Source: an uncultured Chloroflexia bacterium
GTDB taxonomy: Bacteria; Chloroflexota; Chloroflexia; Thermomicrobiales; UBA6265
Assembly (NCBI GenBank): GCA_963724295.1
Contig: CAVRUC010000002.1
Coordinates: 32,001-96,000 of the forward strand
DNA length: 64,000 nt
Direction of reading: 5' to 3'
Both the position numbers and the translations under genes were made by a program. Under the pieces are notes generated by a model that did not search any database, had not been told where the DNA came from, and saw nothing but the letters and a program-made list of their open reading frames with translations. How positions within the stretch are numbered: position 1 is the first letter of the stretch; each line of letters starts with the position of its first letter. Below are positions 10,268 to 21,525 of this stretch, piece after piece.

Positions 10268-11730
10268 ATGGCCGGCCATGCGGTGGTGGTTGCCGGCGGC
10301 GGCCCGACTGGGTTGATGTTGGCGGGCGAGCTGGCGTCGGCGGGGGTCGACGTCGCCATCGTCGAGCGGCGCGCCAGCCAGGATCTCGTCGGCTCGCGCG
10401 CGGGCGGTCTGCACGCACGCACCATCGAGGTCTTCGATATGCGCGGCATCGCGGACCGCTTCCTGTCGCAGGGGCAGGTGGGGCAGATTGCGGGATTCGC
10501 CTGGGTCCCGTTGGACATCAGCGACTTCCCGACCCGGCACAATTACGGGCTCGCCCTGTGGCAGGCCCACATCGAGCGCATCCTGGCCGGCTGGGTCGTC
10601 GAGCTGGGGGTTCCGATCTCTCGCGGCCGTGAGGTGACGGGTTTCGCCCAGGACGATACCGGCGTGGACATCGCGCTCGCCGGCAGTGAGTCGCTACGGG
10701 CGGAGTATCTCGTCGGGTGCGATGGAGGTCGCAGTCTGGTCCGGAAGGCAGCCGGTATCGAGTTCCCGGGGTGGGATCCGACAACCAGCCACCTGATCGC
10801 CGAGGTCGAGGTCGACCAGGAGCCGGAATGGGGCATGCGCCACGACGAGAAGGGCATCCATGGCTTGTCCCGGTTGGAGGAGGGACCGGTGCGGGTCATG
10901 GTCACCGAACAGCACCTGGGACACACCAGCGAACCGACCCTGCGCGATCTCAGCGAGGCGCTCATCGCCGTCTACGGGACCGATTACGGCATCCACTCTC
11001 CCACCTCGATCTCCCGGTTCACCGATATGACCCGGCAGGCCGCGGCCTACCGCGAGAGGCGGGTGCTGCTGGCCGGCGACGCCGCGCACGTGCATTACCC
11101 GACCGGTGGCCAGGGTCTTCAAACCGGTGTGCAGGATGCGGTGAACCTGGGCTGGAAGCTGGCCCAGGTGGTCAAGGGCGTGTCGCCGGAGAGCCTGCTG
11201 GATACCTACCACGCCGAGCGCCACCCGGTCGCTGCCCGCGTGCTGCACAACACGATGGCACAGACCGCGCTGCTGCGCTCCGATGACCGCAGCAAGGCGG
11301 CACGCGAGGCCATGTCCGAGCTCCTCGGCATGGACGAGCCGCGCAAGCGGTTCGCCGCGGATGATGACCGGTCTGGACATTCACTACGACCTCGGTGAGG
11401 GGCACCCGCTGCTCGGACGCCGCATGCCCGATCTCGACCTGGTCACCGCCAACGGCCCGCTACGGCTCTTCACCCTGCTGCACGAGGCCCGGCCCGTGCT
11501 GCTCAACCTCGGTGAGCCCGCCGGCCCCGACATCACGCCATGGGCGGATCGGGTGCAGGTCGATCGACGCCTCATATGCCGGTCCATGGGAGCTGCCGGT
11601 CCTGGGCCAGGTCGCCGCCCCCGCTGCCGTGCTGATCCGACCCGATGGCTACGTCGCCTGGGTGGGGGACGGCGCCGATACCGGTTTGCGCGAGGCGCTG
11701 ACGACCTGGTTCGGGCCGCCAAGCGGGTGA
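10268..11730 (+). CDS. FAD-dependent aromatic monooxygenase (PheA/TfdB, Rox/PgaE-like); frameshifts near 11360 and 11560
   Basis: GGGPTG, VGCDGGRS, GDAAHVH.P.GGQG, GHPLLGRRMPD, LIRPDGYVAW spread over three frames. Confidence 0.88.
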
Positions 11731-11857
11731 TGGGTGATGGGTGTCGGGTGATGGGGCGATAGGAGAAACGAGAGCGAACTTCCTATAACCCTATGACCAC
11801 GAGCGGAGCGAGTAATCACCCATCACCCATCACCGTGAGCATAGCGAACCCTCACCC
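11724..11857. repeat. Family A repeat between convergent genes
   Basis: (GGGTGAT)n ... GAGCGGAGCGAGTAATCACCCATCACCCATCACCGTGAGCATAGCGAACCCTCACCCC; both flanking stop codons lie inside it. Confidence 0.8.
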
Positions 11858-12190
11858 CGTCGCCCTCGTCAGCGGCAGCGATTGGCCAGTGCGCTCGGCC
11901 TGGCGGAGGAGCGCGTGAGCGAGGGCAAAGGCGAGGGCCACGTCGGCTGTCCACCCCGACTTGGTGCCCAGGGGCTGGGTCGCCCCGTCCCGTTGGGGCC
12001 GGATCTCGGCCTGGAAGCTGCCGGCCCAGCGATCGATGCGGTAGGCCCAGCCGCGGGCGTAGACCGCCGCGGCAAGCGTGGTCATGTCATAGCCGGATGG
12101 CGCCGCCGCGACTCCGGACGCGGCAAGAACCTGCTGGGCTTCCAGCAACTCGCGCTGGTCATCGTCGTTTGGATAGTGCTCCAGCGTCAT
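11852..12190 (-). CDS. Hypothetical protein
   Basis: 112-aa ORF, GAGGAGAGGG RBS. Confidence 0.6.
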   Translation of the reverse strand: MTLEHYPNDDDQRELLEAQQVLAASGVAAAPSGYDMTTLAAAVYARGWAYRIDRWAGSFQAEIRPQRDGATQPLGTKSGWTADVALAFALAHALLRQAERTGQSLPLTRATG

Positions 12191-12662
12191 ACCCTCTCCT
12201 CATTCCAGGCCAGCAAGCGGTCAGCGATCAGCGTTTGCGGGTGGCCATCGTGGAATCGCATGGCTTTAGGTTTCGGCGGGATTCCCACGTGATCTGACCT
12301 GCTTCGCACGAACCGAACCATCGTCAGGCGGACGGTGCCAAACACCCTGGGTCAACTCGGTCGCCGCTGACCGGGGAACGGCTGTCCGTCAGTCCGCATT
12401 CGCCAATCCGCTCGCAGAATTGGTGTAAGCGTGGACCGCGATCGGCGGCCGCATGCTCGGCCGCGGACACCGGCTCGGGCGGTGGTCGAGCACATGCCGG
12501 TGAGCGCCAGGGATCCGTCCATCACCAGCGCGGCACGATCCGCGACAGGTGCCGATCCCATCGTGCCCAGGGGTGCGGGCAGGGGCGCGCGATGTCATCC
12601 CGGACCGGATGCACCGTCCAATAAAATGTGACGTTTGTCCAGTAACATCGTACACTTCGCAC

Positions 12663-13238
12663 ATGAGGATGGTCAAGGCCGGCGAGACGGCGAGTAGCGA
12701 GCAGCAGGTCGGCGACCATCTCCGGGACGTGCGGACGCGGCAGGGGTTCTCGGTGCGTGCCCTGGCGGCGCGCGCCGGATGTTCGCCGAGCTTTATCTCC
12801 CAGGTCGAGCACGGTCAGGCCTCGCCCTCGATCTCATCCCTGGAGCGGCTGGTGCAGGCCCTCGGGATGACCCTGGGCGACTTTTTCCGCGCGGCCACGC
12901 CGCCATCGGTGGTGCGCTCACACGAACGCGCGCCGCTGACCGGCTCGTGGTCCGGCGCGCGGATCGAGACGCTCGCTCCGTCCGGAGTGGCCAACGCGCT
13001 CGAGCCGCTGATGATCACCCTGGAGCCGGGTGGGCAAAGCAGCAGTCCGCCCTACGCTCGTGACGGTGAGTCGTTCGTCTTCGTGTGCGAGGGAGACGTG
13101 CTGCTGACCCTGGGTGATGCCACCCATCGCCTCAGCCGGGGCGACGCGGCGACATTCTCGAGCGAGACCCCGCATCGCTGGGAGAACGCCGGCCGGGAAC
13201 TCGCGCGCATGGTCGTGGTCTCCGCCCGCGCGCGGTGA
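12663..13238 (+). CDS. XRE-family HTH transcriptional regulator with cupin domain
   Basis: SVRALAARAGCSPSFISQVEHG; GESFVFV.EG...LSRGD...PHRWEN. Confidence 0.92.
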   Translation: MRMVKAGETASSEQQVGDHLRDVRTRQGFSVRALAARAGCSPSFISQVEHGQASPSISSLERLVQALGMTLGDFFRAATPPSVVRSHERAPLTGSWSGARIETLAPSGVANALEPLMITLEPGGQSSSPPYARDGESFVFVCEGDVLLTLGDATHRLSRGDAATFSSETPHRWENAGRELARMVVVSARAR

Positions 13239-13307
13239 CCGCTCGCCGTTGACTCCTGAACGCAAACGTGAACTTGCAGGTGCAGATACACCGATGAAAG
13301 GATCCTC

Positions 13308-14927
13308 GTGATCGCGCAGCTTCAAGTCGAGCAGACGACCGGCAGCGACCTGGCCCTCGAGGCCGAGGCGGCCCGCCGCCGCACATTCGCCATCATCTCG
13401 CACCCGGATGCGGGCAAGACCACCCTGACCGAGAAGCTGCTGCTCTATGCCGGCGCGGTCGAGCTGGCCGGGTCCGTGCGCGCCCGCGCCAACGGCCGAC
13501 ACTCCACCGCCGACTGGCTGGCGATCGAGCGCGAACGCGGCATCACGGTGACCTCGACGGCACTGCAGTTCGATCATCTCGGCTGCCGCTTCAATCTCCT
13601 CGACACGCCCGGCCACCGGGATTTCTCGGAGGACACCTATCGCACGCTCCTCGCCGCCGATGGGGCGGTGATGGTGCTCGACGCGGCTCGTGGCATCCAG
13701 CAGCAGACGTTGAAGCTGTTCGAGGTCTGCCGCCGGCAGCGCCTGCCGATCGTCACCTTCATCAACAAGCTCGACCAGCCGGGCCGCGAGCCGCTGGAGC
13801 TGCTCGACGAGATCGAGCGCTCCCTCGGGCTGACCACCGCGCCGCTGAGCTGGCCGATCGGCGACGGCCCGGACTTCCAGGGGGTCTACGATCTGCGCCA
13901 GCGCAGCCTGCACCGCTTCGAGCGGACGGAGCGCGGCCAGCGCCGGGCGCCGGTCGTGACCGGAGCGCTCGACGACGCGATGTGGTCGTCCCTGCTCGGG
14001 GAGACCGCCTGGCACCGGTTGCGCGAGGAGGTGGCGCTGGTGACGGAGGTCGGCGGCGCCTTCGACCTCGACCGCTTCCTGGCCGGCGATCAGACGCCGG
14101 TCCTGTTCGGCAGCGCGCTGACGAACTTTGGCATCGGACCCTTCCTCGATGCCCTGGCCGAGCTGCTGCCGGCGCCCGGTCCGCGCGCCAGCGATCGCGG
14201 CCTGGTGCCGCCGGATGATCCCGATTTCTCCGGCTTCATCTTCAAGATCCAGGCGAACATGGACCCGCGACACCGCGACCGGATGGCGTTCCTGCGCGTC
14301 TGCTCCGGGCGCTTCGAAAAGGACATGGAGGTCTTCAACCCGCGCCTGGGGCGGACGGTCCGCCTCACCCGCCCGCACCGCCTCTTCGGTCAGGACCGGG
14401 AGACGGTCGAGGAGGCATACCCCGGCGACGTGGTCGGGCTGGTCAATCCGGGTCTCTTCGCCATCGGCGACACGCTCTGCGCGGGCGAGCCGGTCCAGTA
14501 CACGCCGGTGCCGCGCTTCCCGCCGGAGTGCTTCGCTCGCATCGAGAACCGCAGCACCGGGCGACACAAGCAGTTCCACGCCGGTCTGGCGCAGCTGGAA
14601 GAAGAAGGCGCCATCCAGGTCCTCTTCTCGATCGACGGCGCCCGCGAGCCGATCCTGGCCGCGGTCGGTGATCTCCAGCTCGACGTCACCGCCGCCCGCC
14701 TGCGTGGCGAGTACGGGGTCGAGACCGATGTCAACCGGCTCCCCTACGAAACCGCGCTCTGGGTGGAGGGCGCCGGTGATGGCGGCAAAGGCCTCAACTG
14801 GCCGACGCGCGACGCGCTGCGTACCGAGGACCGCGACGGCCGCCTGGTCGCCCTCTTCGCCTCCGACTGGGTTCGCCGCTACACCGAAGAGAAGAACCCG
14901 GGGGTGGTGTTCCGGGCGATGGGGTAA
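13308..14927 (+). CDS. prfC: Peptide chain release factor 3
   Basis: RRRTFAIISHPDAGKTT, DTPGH.DFSEDTYR, NKLD, FKIQANMDPRHRDR. Confidence 0.97.
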   Translation: MIAQLQVEQTTGSDLALEAEAARRRTFAIISHPDAGKTTLTEKLLLYAGAVELAGSVRARANGRHSTADWLAIERERGITVTSTALQFDHLGCRFNLLDTPGHRDFSEDTYRTLLAADGAVMVLDAARGIQQQTLKLFEVCRRQRLPIVTFINKLDQPGREPLELLDEIERSLGLTTAPLSWPIGDGPDFQGVYDLRQRSLHRFERTERGQRRAPVVTGALDDAMWSSLLGETAWHRLREEVALVTEVGGAFDLDRFLAGDQTPVLFGSALTNFGIGPFLDALAELLPAPGPRASDRGLVPPDDPDFSGFIFKIQANMDPRHRDRMAFLRVCSGRFEKDMEVFNPRLGRTVRLTRPHRLFGQDRETVEEAYPGDVVGLVNPGLFAIGDTLCAGEPVQYTPVPRFPPECFARIENRSTGRHKQFHAGLAQLEEEGAIQVLFSIDGAREPILAAVGDLQLDVTAARLRGEYGVETDVNRLPYETALWVEGAGDGGKGLNWPTRDALRTEDRDGRLVALFASDWVRRYTEEKNPGVVFRAMG

Positions 14928-14955
14928 AGGTTCCCCTAAATCCGTCAACCGCCAA

Positions 14956-15065
14956 CCCCTCATCCCCAGCCCTTCTCCCCTCGGAGCGGGGAGAAGGGGG
15001 AACGCTCGGCGGAGTGCGAGAGCCCCTCGCCCAGCGCACTGGGAGAGGGGGTTGGGGGTGAGGGC
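14956..15065. repeat. Palindromic repeat family C (CCCTTCTCCCC...GGGGAGAAGGG)
   Basis: Two hairpins; near-identical inverted copy at about 59855-59945. Confidence 0.8.
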
Positions 15066-15090
15066 CGTCTTGCCGTCTCGCCGTCCCATC

Positions 15091-15480
15091 TCACTCGCCG
15101 TCATCCTCCGCGAACTGGAACAGCGAGCAGCCGCCGTCGACCAGGAGCACGCTGCCGGTCATGTAGTCGGCGGCGTCGGAGCAGAGGAAGGCCGTGGCGC
15201 GGGCGACCTGCGCGGTGGTCTGGAGCTCGCCCAGCGGGATGACGTGGCGGACGCGGCGAGCGTACTGCGGCTCGGTCTCCAACTGATGACGCGCCAGCCC
15301 GGCGTTGACGATGCCGGGGGCGATCACGTTGACGAGGATCTTGTGGGGAGCCAGCTCGCGGGCCATCGATCGCGCCAGCATGCGCACGCCGGCTTTGGTC
15401 GCCGAGTAGGCGGCGAGCTCGGGTCAGGGGACCTCCTGTACCCAGCTGCCGGGGAAGATGATGCCGCCCGGGGTGCTCAC
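15091..15480 (-). pseudogene. SDR oxidoreductase remnant (C-terminal half)
   Basis: YSATK, VNVIAPG, MTGSVLLVDGG; in-frame TGA (VQEVP*PE) and no N-terminal TGxxxGIG region upstream. Confidence 0.75.
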
Positions 15481-15641
15481 GCACGGCCATGGCATTGCTC
15501 GTGTGACAGTCCTCGGCTGGGGGCGTTGCAGACCAGGGGGAGCAACGGCGAGCTCCGCCCGCGACCAATCCCGGCCATCGCACACCCGCACAGCACGTCG
15601 TGATGTACTTCGCACGGGACGGCAGCAGCGCGGGAGGGCCT

Positions 15642-16303
15642 ATGGACGGCAGGCGACATCCGGAGCACTACGAGCGGGGTAACGACCCGGCGCGGGTGCT
15701 GACCCTCAGTGACGGCGTCTTCGCCATCGTCCTCACCTTGCTCGTGCTGGAGATCCAGGTGCCCGACCTCGCCCAAGGGCAAACGCTGCGCGATGCGCTG
15801 CGGGAAGTCCGGCCCTCCTTCATCGCCTTCCTGATCAGCTTTGTCGTGGTGGCCATCGCCTGGGCCGGTCACCGCGACCTCTTCGCGCTGATCGGGCGCA
15901 CCGAGCCGCGTGCTGGTCTGGCTCAACATTCTCTACCTGCTGCCCTTGTCCATTCTGCCCTTTGGCGCCTCTCTCCTCGCCCGCTATACCGAAGAACCGG
16001 TCGCCCTCCAGATGTACGGCATCCTCCTCGTCGCGATTGCCCTGACGCGGCTGGTCATCTGGTGGTACGCGACCGGGCGGTCCGCATCTCCTGGTGGTCC
16101 CGGTGAGCGCGCGGTTCCGGCGGGACGGGGTCGTCATCGGGGCGGCCCCCGTGGCCATCAACGCGCTTGCCGTCGCCATCGCCGCCGAAGCCCCAACCAT
16201 CAGCCTGGTAATTTACGCGGCCGTGCCCATTCTCTACTTCATCGCGATCACGCGTGCGCGCACCATCGCGCCGCCGGGATCGGCCGAGCATGACTTGACA
16301 TGA
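15642..16303 (+). CDS. TMEM175-family protein (frameshifts near 15905 and 16080)
   Basis: RVLTLSDGVFAIVLTLLVLEI, ISFVVVAIAW..H..LF, WLN...L..LPF. Confidence 0.85.
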
Positions 16304-16698
16304 GCAAGAGCAATCGCGCGTCGAGCACGATTGCTGGACGTCGCTGACAAGTCCGCCCTGGAGCGGTCGCTGGAGTGACAAGGACTCGCGCTAGGGCGGC
16401 AGGTGGCCGTGGGGATCCCGCCGTACTGCCCCCTGCCCCGAGCACTGGACAGCATCGAACGGTAATTGCCGAGAGTTGGAAGGCTCTCCGAGCAGGGTCA
16501 TCGTGGACCATGCGCCAGCATGCCGTCGCCGGCCAATTGTCGATTTCGAGCCTGACCGAACGACTAACTCATGTCACCGCGTTGGCGGTGACCCGCGAGA
16601 TGCCGGCGTGTGCCGGTGTCACCTGCCATGACGCTCTGCCCGGCAGGGAGCGAGGCGACTTCGAACGCGGCAGCCCGACAATAGGAAAGGTTGAGATT

Positions 16699-17707
16699 GT
16701 GTCAAACGTTTCCGCGCCAGCGGAGCGCCTGGTGACCGGCCGTAGCAGCCGGCGCCGGTTCCTGGCGGGTGTGGCCGCCGCCGGACTCACGCCGGTGGCC
16801 GTCGCGGCTGAGCGATCGCTAGCGAAGGGTGTTCAAGAGCGAGGAGGAACGATGATGTCACTACAAGCTGAAGCGACCCAAGCTACAGACTATCTAACGG
16901 TGCCGGGCGCCCGTCTGTACTACGAGGTGTCAGGATCGGGTCCGGTTTTGCTGCTGATCCCCGGCGGTATGGCTGACGCCGCGGGCTTTGCGCCCCTCGT
17001 CAGCTTTCTCGAGGAGAGCTACACGGTCGTGCGCTATGACCCGCGCGGCATCTCGCACAGCCGGCTCGATGGCCCGGGCGAGGACGTGCCGGTCGAGGTT
17101 CACGCCGACGACGCCCAACAGTTACTGAAGGCGATCAGCGCCAAGCCGGCGTTCGTCCTGGGACACAGCGGCGGTGCGGTGATCGGACTGGCGCTGGTCG
17201 AGCGCCATCCCGAGCTGGTGCAGACGTATGTGGCGCACGAGCCTCCTCTGGTTGAGCTTCTCCCGGAGGGAGATGAGCGCCGCAATGACGGCCAGAAAAT
17301 CTATGACACCTACCTGAAAGAGGGTGCCGGCGCGGCGATGGAGCAGTTCATGTCCACCGCGGGCCTGGATGAGTCGGTGGCGCCGGCCGAAATGAGCCCC
17401 GAGGCACAGGAATTCATGGCGCAACAGATGGCCAGCATGGAGCAAAACCTCGATTTCTTTTTCGCTCACTACCTACTGCCGATCACCAGCTACTCGCCGG
17501 ATTTCGCCGCCCTGCAAGGGGCATCGACCCAGGTGGTGGTGGGAGTTGGCGAAGACTCTGTCGGTCAGGAGACCTACGAAACCGCGCTCGCGCTGGCCGA
17601 GCGCCTGGGGACGGAGGCCGTGGTCTTCCCCGGTGACCACATCGGCATGGCCACGTTTCCTGAGGAGTTCGCTGAGAACGCTGCACGACGTGCTCCAGGC
17701 AGACTAG
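16699..17707 (+). CDS. Alpha/beta hydrolase with Tat-like leader (alternative start 16852; +1 frameshift near 17677)
   Basis: SRRRFL leader, YDPRG, GHSGG, HEPP, FPGDH; corrected ending ETLHDVLQAD*. Confidence 0.85.
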
Positions 17708-17819
17708 CGTATCCAGCCATCGTGCCAGAGAGCGGATGTCGCGACTCGTTCATGATGTCTTTGGACTACGGGACCGAACTTCAACCTCGACGGCACGAGC
17801 GCCATTCAAGGAGGCACGC

Positions 17820-18272
17820 ATGCCAGGACCATTGACCGATGCGGAGCGTGACGCGTTCCTCGCCGAGCCGCACGTCGCCGTCCTGAGCGTTGCCCGGGAC
17901 GGCGACCGCCCGCCGCACACCTCTCCGGTCTGGTATCACCACCAGCCAGGCGGCAACGTCACCTTCTTCACCGGGACCCAGGGCCAAAAGTCGCGCAAGG
18001 CCGAGCTGATCGAGCGGGCGGGCGTCGTCAGCCTCTGCGTCCAGCAGGAGACGTTTCCCTACAAGTACGTCACCATCGAGGGCACGATCGTTCAGATCGA
18101 CCGGCCGCCGACCGCCGAGCAGGCCCTTGCCATCGTCCGACGCTACCTCCCCGAGGCGCAGGCGCGGGGCTTCGTCGCGGCCGAGCTCGACCACCCGACC
18201 GGAGAGTTCGTCCTCTTCTCGGTCCGCCCCGATCACTGGCACAGCCTCGATTTCAGCGACCTACCGGGATAA
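17820..18272 (+). CDS. Pyridoxamine 5'-phosphate oxidase family (PPOX/F420-type) protein
   Basis: FLAEPHVAVLS..PHTSPVWY..SRKA..YKYVTIEG; AAGGAGG RBS. Confidence 0.88.
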   Translation: MPGPLTDAERDAFLAEPHVAVLSVARDGDRPPHTSPVWYHHQPGGNVTFFTGTQGQKSRKAELIERAGVVSLCVQQETFPYKYVTIEGTIVQIDRPPTAEQALAIVRRYLPEAQARGFVAAELDHPTGEFVLFSVRPDHWHSLDFSDLPG

Positions 18273-18350
18273 TCCCGTCTCGTCGGTCCATCCTGGGCGC
18301 CAGGTGACGAGATGTGGGTAGCGGGCGCAGCGGAGAAAGGGAGGCGGCCT

Positions 18351-18905
18351 GTGGGCAAGGTGATCGCTGGGATGACGATGTCGCTGGACGGCTTCGTCGC
18401 CGATGCGGATGGCAACGTCGACCGCCTCTACGCTGACCTGGCGGACCTGCGAGGAACGACGTACATGACCGACACGATCGCGGAGACCGGCGCCGTGATC
18501 ATGGGGCGGAAGACATTCGAGATGGGCGACCCGGACTCGTACGTCGGCAATTACGAGTTCCAGGTGCCCATCTTCGTCCTCACGCATCATCCCCCACGGA
18601 TCCCGCCGAAGCAGGACGACCGTCTCACCTTCACGTTCGTGGGCGATGGGGTCGCCTCAGCGGTCGCGCAGGCAACGGCCGCGGCCGGAGACAAGGTGGT
18701 TCAGGTCGTCGGAGGCGTCAATGTGATCCAGCAGTTGCTGCAAGCGGGGCTGGTCGACGAGCTCCACATCGACGTCATGCCGCTGTTCCTGGATGACGGT
18801 CTGCGCCTGTTCGAGCACGCCGCTCTAGACCGCATCGACCTCGAATCGATCGGCGTGGAAACCGTGGGCCAGCGAACCGGTCTTCGCTTCCGCATCGTCC
18901 GCTGA
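18351..18905 (+). CDS. Dihydrofolate reductase family (RibD C-terminal) protein
   Basis: MSLDGFVA, MGRKTFE, GG..IQQLL.AGLVDEL. Confidence 0.9.
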   Translation: MGKVIAGMTMSLDGFVADADGNVDRLYADLADLRGTTYMTDTIAETGAVIMGRKTFEMGDPDSYVGNYEFQVPIFVLTHHPPRIPPKQDDRLTFTFVGDGVASAVAQATAAAGDKVVQVVGGVNVIQQLLQAGLVDELHIDVMPLFLDDGLRLFEHAALDRIDLESIGVETVGQRTGLRFRIVR

Positions 18906-19042
18906 ACAGCCGCCGTAGCAAGTACCGCCGCGCGTCACGGAGGACCTCGCCGGGCGCGCTCAACCAGTTGCGCTTGGCCTCCGCGCTGTTGACGGAGGCT
19001 TCCCCCTGCCATATCGTGCTGCGCCATGACCGGTAAGATCAG

Positions 19043-20251
19043 GTGAAAGTCAGCGCGGTCGAAACGCTGCGGCTCGGGGAGTTCCCGAACCTCCTCTGGG
19101 TGCGGGTGCACACCGATGAGGGCGTCACCGGTCTCGGCGAGACCTTCTTCGGGGCCGAGGCGGTCGAGGCCTACATCCACGAGTCGGTCGCGCCGTACCT
19201 GCTGGGGAAGGATCCCCTCCACATCGACAAGCACGCCCGCGCCCTGACGCCGTACGTGGGCTATGCCTCCGGCGGCGTCGAGGGGCGCGGCAACTCGGCG
19301 GTCGACATCGCCCTCTGGGACCTCTTCGGGCGCTGGGTCGATCAGCCGATCTACCAGCTGCTGGGTGGTCCCAGCCGGGAACGCATCCGCATCTACAACA
19401 CCTGTGCCGGCTATCGCTACGTGCGGGCTCGCCCCAAGCAGGAGGTCGGCAACTGGGGACTGCCGGAGATGGCGGAGGAGGCCGAGGGGCCGTACGAGGA
19501 TCTGGACGCCTTCCTGCACCGGGCCGGCGAGCTGGCGCTGAGCCTGCGCCAGCAGGGGATCACCGGCATGAAGATCTGGCCGTTCGACCCCTACGCCGAG
19601 GCGAGCGGCGGCCACGATATCTCCGCCGGCGATCTCGACCGGGCGCTGGAGCCCTTCCGCCAGATCCGCGCCGCGGTCGGGCTCGAGATGGACATCATGG
19701 TCGAGCTGCACGGGTTGTGGAACCTGCCCACGGCGCGGCGCATCGGGCGGGCGCTGGAGGAGTTCCAACCCTACTGGTACGAGGATCCCCTGCGCTCAGA
19801 CAACCTGGATGCCCTGGCGACATTCGCCGCCGGTACCCACGTGCCGGTGACGTTGAGCGAGACGATCGCCACCCGCTGGGGGTTCCGCGAGGCGTTCGAG
19901 CGCGGGGCGGTCGGTATCGCCATGCTCGACGTCTCGTGGTGCGGCGGCATCTCGGAAGCGAAGAAGATCGCCACGATGGCCGAGGCGCACCAGCTGCCCG
20001 TGGCGCCGCACGACTGCACCGGACCGATCGTCCTGGTGGCCTCCACCCATCTCTCGATCAATGCCCCGAACGCGCTGATCCAGGAGACGGTGCGCGCCTA
20101 TTACAGCGGCTGGTACCGCGAGCTGGTCACCACCCTGCCGGACATCGCGGACGGCACGATCGCGGCGCCGCCCGGCCCCGGTCTCGGCACCGAGCTTCTC
20201 CCGGATCTGCACCTGCGGCCCGACGCGCATGTCCGCACGAGCGCGCTGTAG
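19043..20251 (+). CDS. Mandelate racemase/muconate lactonizing enzyme family protein
   Basis: TDEGVTGLGE, SAVDIALWD, KIWPFD, E-E-E metal ligands, APHDC, PGLG. Confidence 0.92.
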   Translation: MKVSAVETLRLGEFPNLLWVRVHTDEGVTGLGETFFGAEAVEAYIHESVAPYLLGKDPLHIDKHARALTPYVGYASGGVEGRGNSAVDIALWDLFGRWVDQPIYQLLGGPSRERIRIYNTCAGYRYVRARPKQEVGNWGLPEMAEEAEGPYEDLDAFLHRAGELALSLRQQGITGMKIWPFDPYAEASGGHDISAGDLDRALEPFRQIRAAVGLEMDIMVELHGLWNLPTARRIGRALEEFQPYWYEDPLRSDNLDALATFAAGTHVPVTLSETIATRWGFREAFERGAVGIAMLDVSWCGGISEAKKIATMAEAHQLPVAPHDCTGPIVLVASTHLSINAPNALIQETVRAYYSGWYRELVTTLPDIADGTIAAPPGPGLGTELLPDLHLRPDAHVRTSAL

Positions 20252-20426
20252 GCACTGCCTCAGAGACGCAATTTCAATGAATTACGCGGGCGAGCAAGTG
20301 ATCTTGCGCTTGACGACCGTGTGCCCGCCGCCGAGGATTCAGGTCCTGAATGCCGGCGGCGCGCCCCAGGATCGGGAGCGCATGCAGCGCCGGCATCGTG
20401 TTGATACTCCGAGGAGGATGCTCAGC

Positions 20427-21392
20427 GTGGCGAAGGATTCCCGAATCTCTCCGGTGCCCCTTGGCAAGGCGACGTTCCTCGACTCGCCCCGATGCGACGA
20501 TCTCGATACGCTGGATGCCGACGTGGCCATCATCGGCGTGCCGTTCGGTTACCCGTATGACCTGGCGGGCCTCACGTCGCCATCCAGCTCCGCGCCGGCC
20601 GCGCTGCGCGAGGCGTCTGTCCGCCATGTGCCATTCCTGCACCACTACGATTACGACTTCGGCGCGGACCTCTTCGCCGGCCGCGAGGTACGCATCGTCG
20701 ATTGCGGCGATGTGGCGATGAAGCCCGGTGACTTTGCCGGCAACGCCGCCGCCACCACGACCGCCGTCAAGGCGATTCTCGCCCGCGGCGCGGTGCCGAT
20801 CGTGCTTGGCGGCGATCACGCCATCCCGATCCCGGTCTTCCGCGCCTATGAGGGGCAGGAGCCGATGGTGGTGGTTCAGCTCGACCAGCACATCGACTGG
20901 CGCGAGGAGCGCAACGGGGTCACGCAGGGGTTGAGCAGCACCATGCGCCGCGCCTCGGAAATGCCGTGGGTCAGCGGCATGGCGCAGATCGGATTGCACG
21001 CCGTCGGCAGCGCCCGGCAGCAGGAGGTTGACGACTCGCTCGCCTATGGCAGCGTGCAGGTCCGCGCCGAGGAAGTCCATGAGATCGGCGTCGATGCTGT
21101 CCTCGAGCGCATCCCGCGGTCGGACCGCTATTACATCACCTTCGACGCCGATGGGCTCTTTGCCCCACTGGCACCGGGTGTCCTCAGTCCTGGCTTCGGT
21201 GGCCTCACCTACTACGAAGCCTCGAACCTGTTGCGCGGCGTAGCCCGCAAGGGCAAGATCGTCGGCTACGACATCGTCGAGATCGTTCCCTCGGTCGACG
21301 TCGCGAATATGACGAGCCAGGTCTGCGCCCGCCTGACGCTGAATCTCATCGGCGAGATGGCCCATCAAGGACAGATCGGTCGCAAGGCGTAG
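20427..21392 (+). CDS. Agmatinase/ureohydrolase family protein
   Basis: GGDH, DQHID, FDADG, APG, DIVE; GAGGAGG RBS (alternative ATG at 20418). Confidence 0.9.
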   Translation: MAKDSRISPVPLGKATFLDSPRCDDLDTLDADVAIIGVPFGYPYDLAGLTSPSSSAPAALREASVRHVPFLHHYDYDFGADLFAGREVRIVDCGDVAMKPGDFAGNAAATTTAVKAILARGAVPIVLGGDHAIPIPVFRAYEGQEPMVVVQLDQHIDWREERNGVTQGLSSTMRRASEMPWVSGMAQIGLHAVGSARQQEVDDSLAYGSVQVRAEEVHEIGVDAVLERIPRSDRYYITFDADGLFAPLAPGVLSPGFGGLTYYEASNLLRGVARKGKIVGYDIVEIVPSVDVANMTSQVCARLTLNLIGEMAHQGQIGRKA

Positions 21393-21525
21393 CTGACCTG
21401 CCAACGCCGGCGACGCCCGCGCCCGGCGTGCCGCGAGAGGAGGGCGTTTCGTGGCGCGATTCGCGCGAGTGAGGGGATCGATTACCTGTGCCTAAGGTGC
21501 TCTATCGGAGACTCGGAGACGGTCA

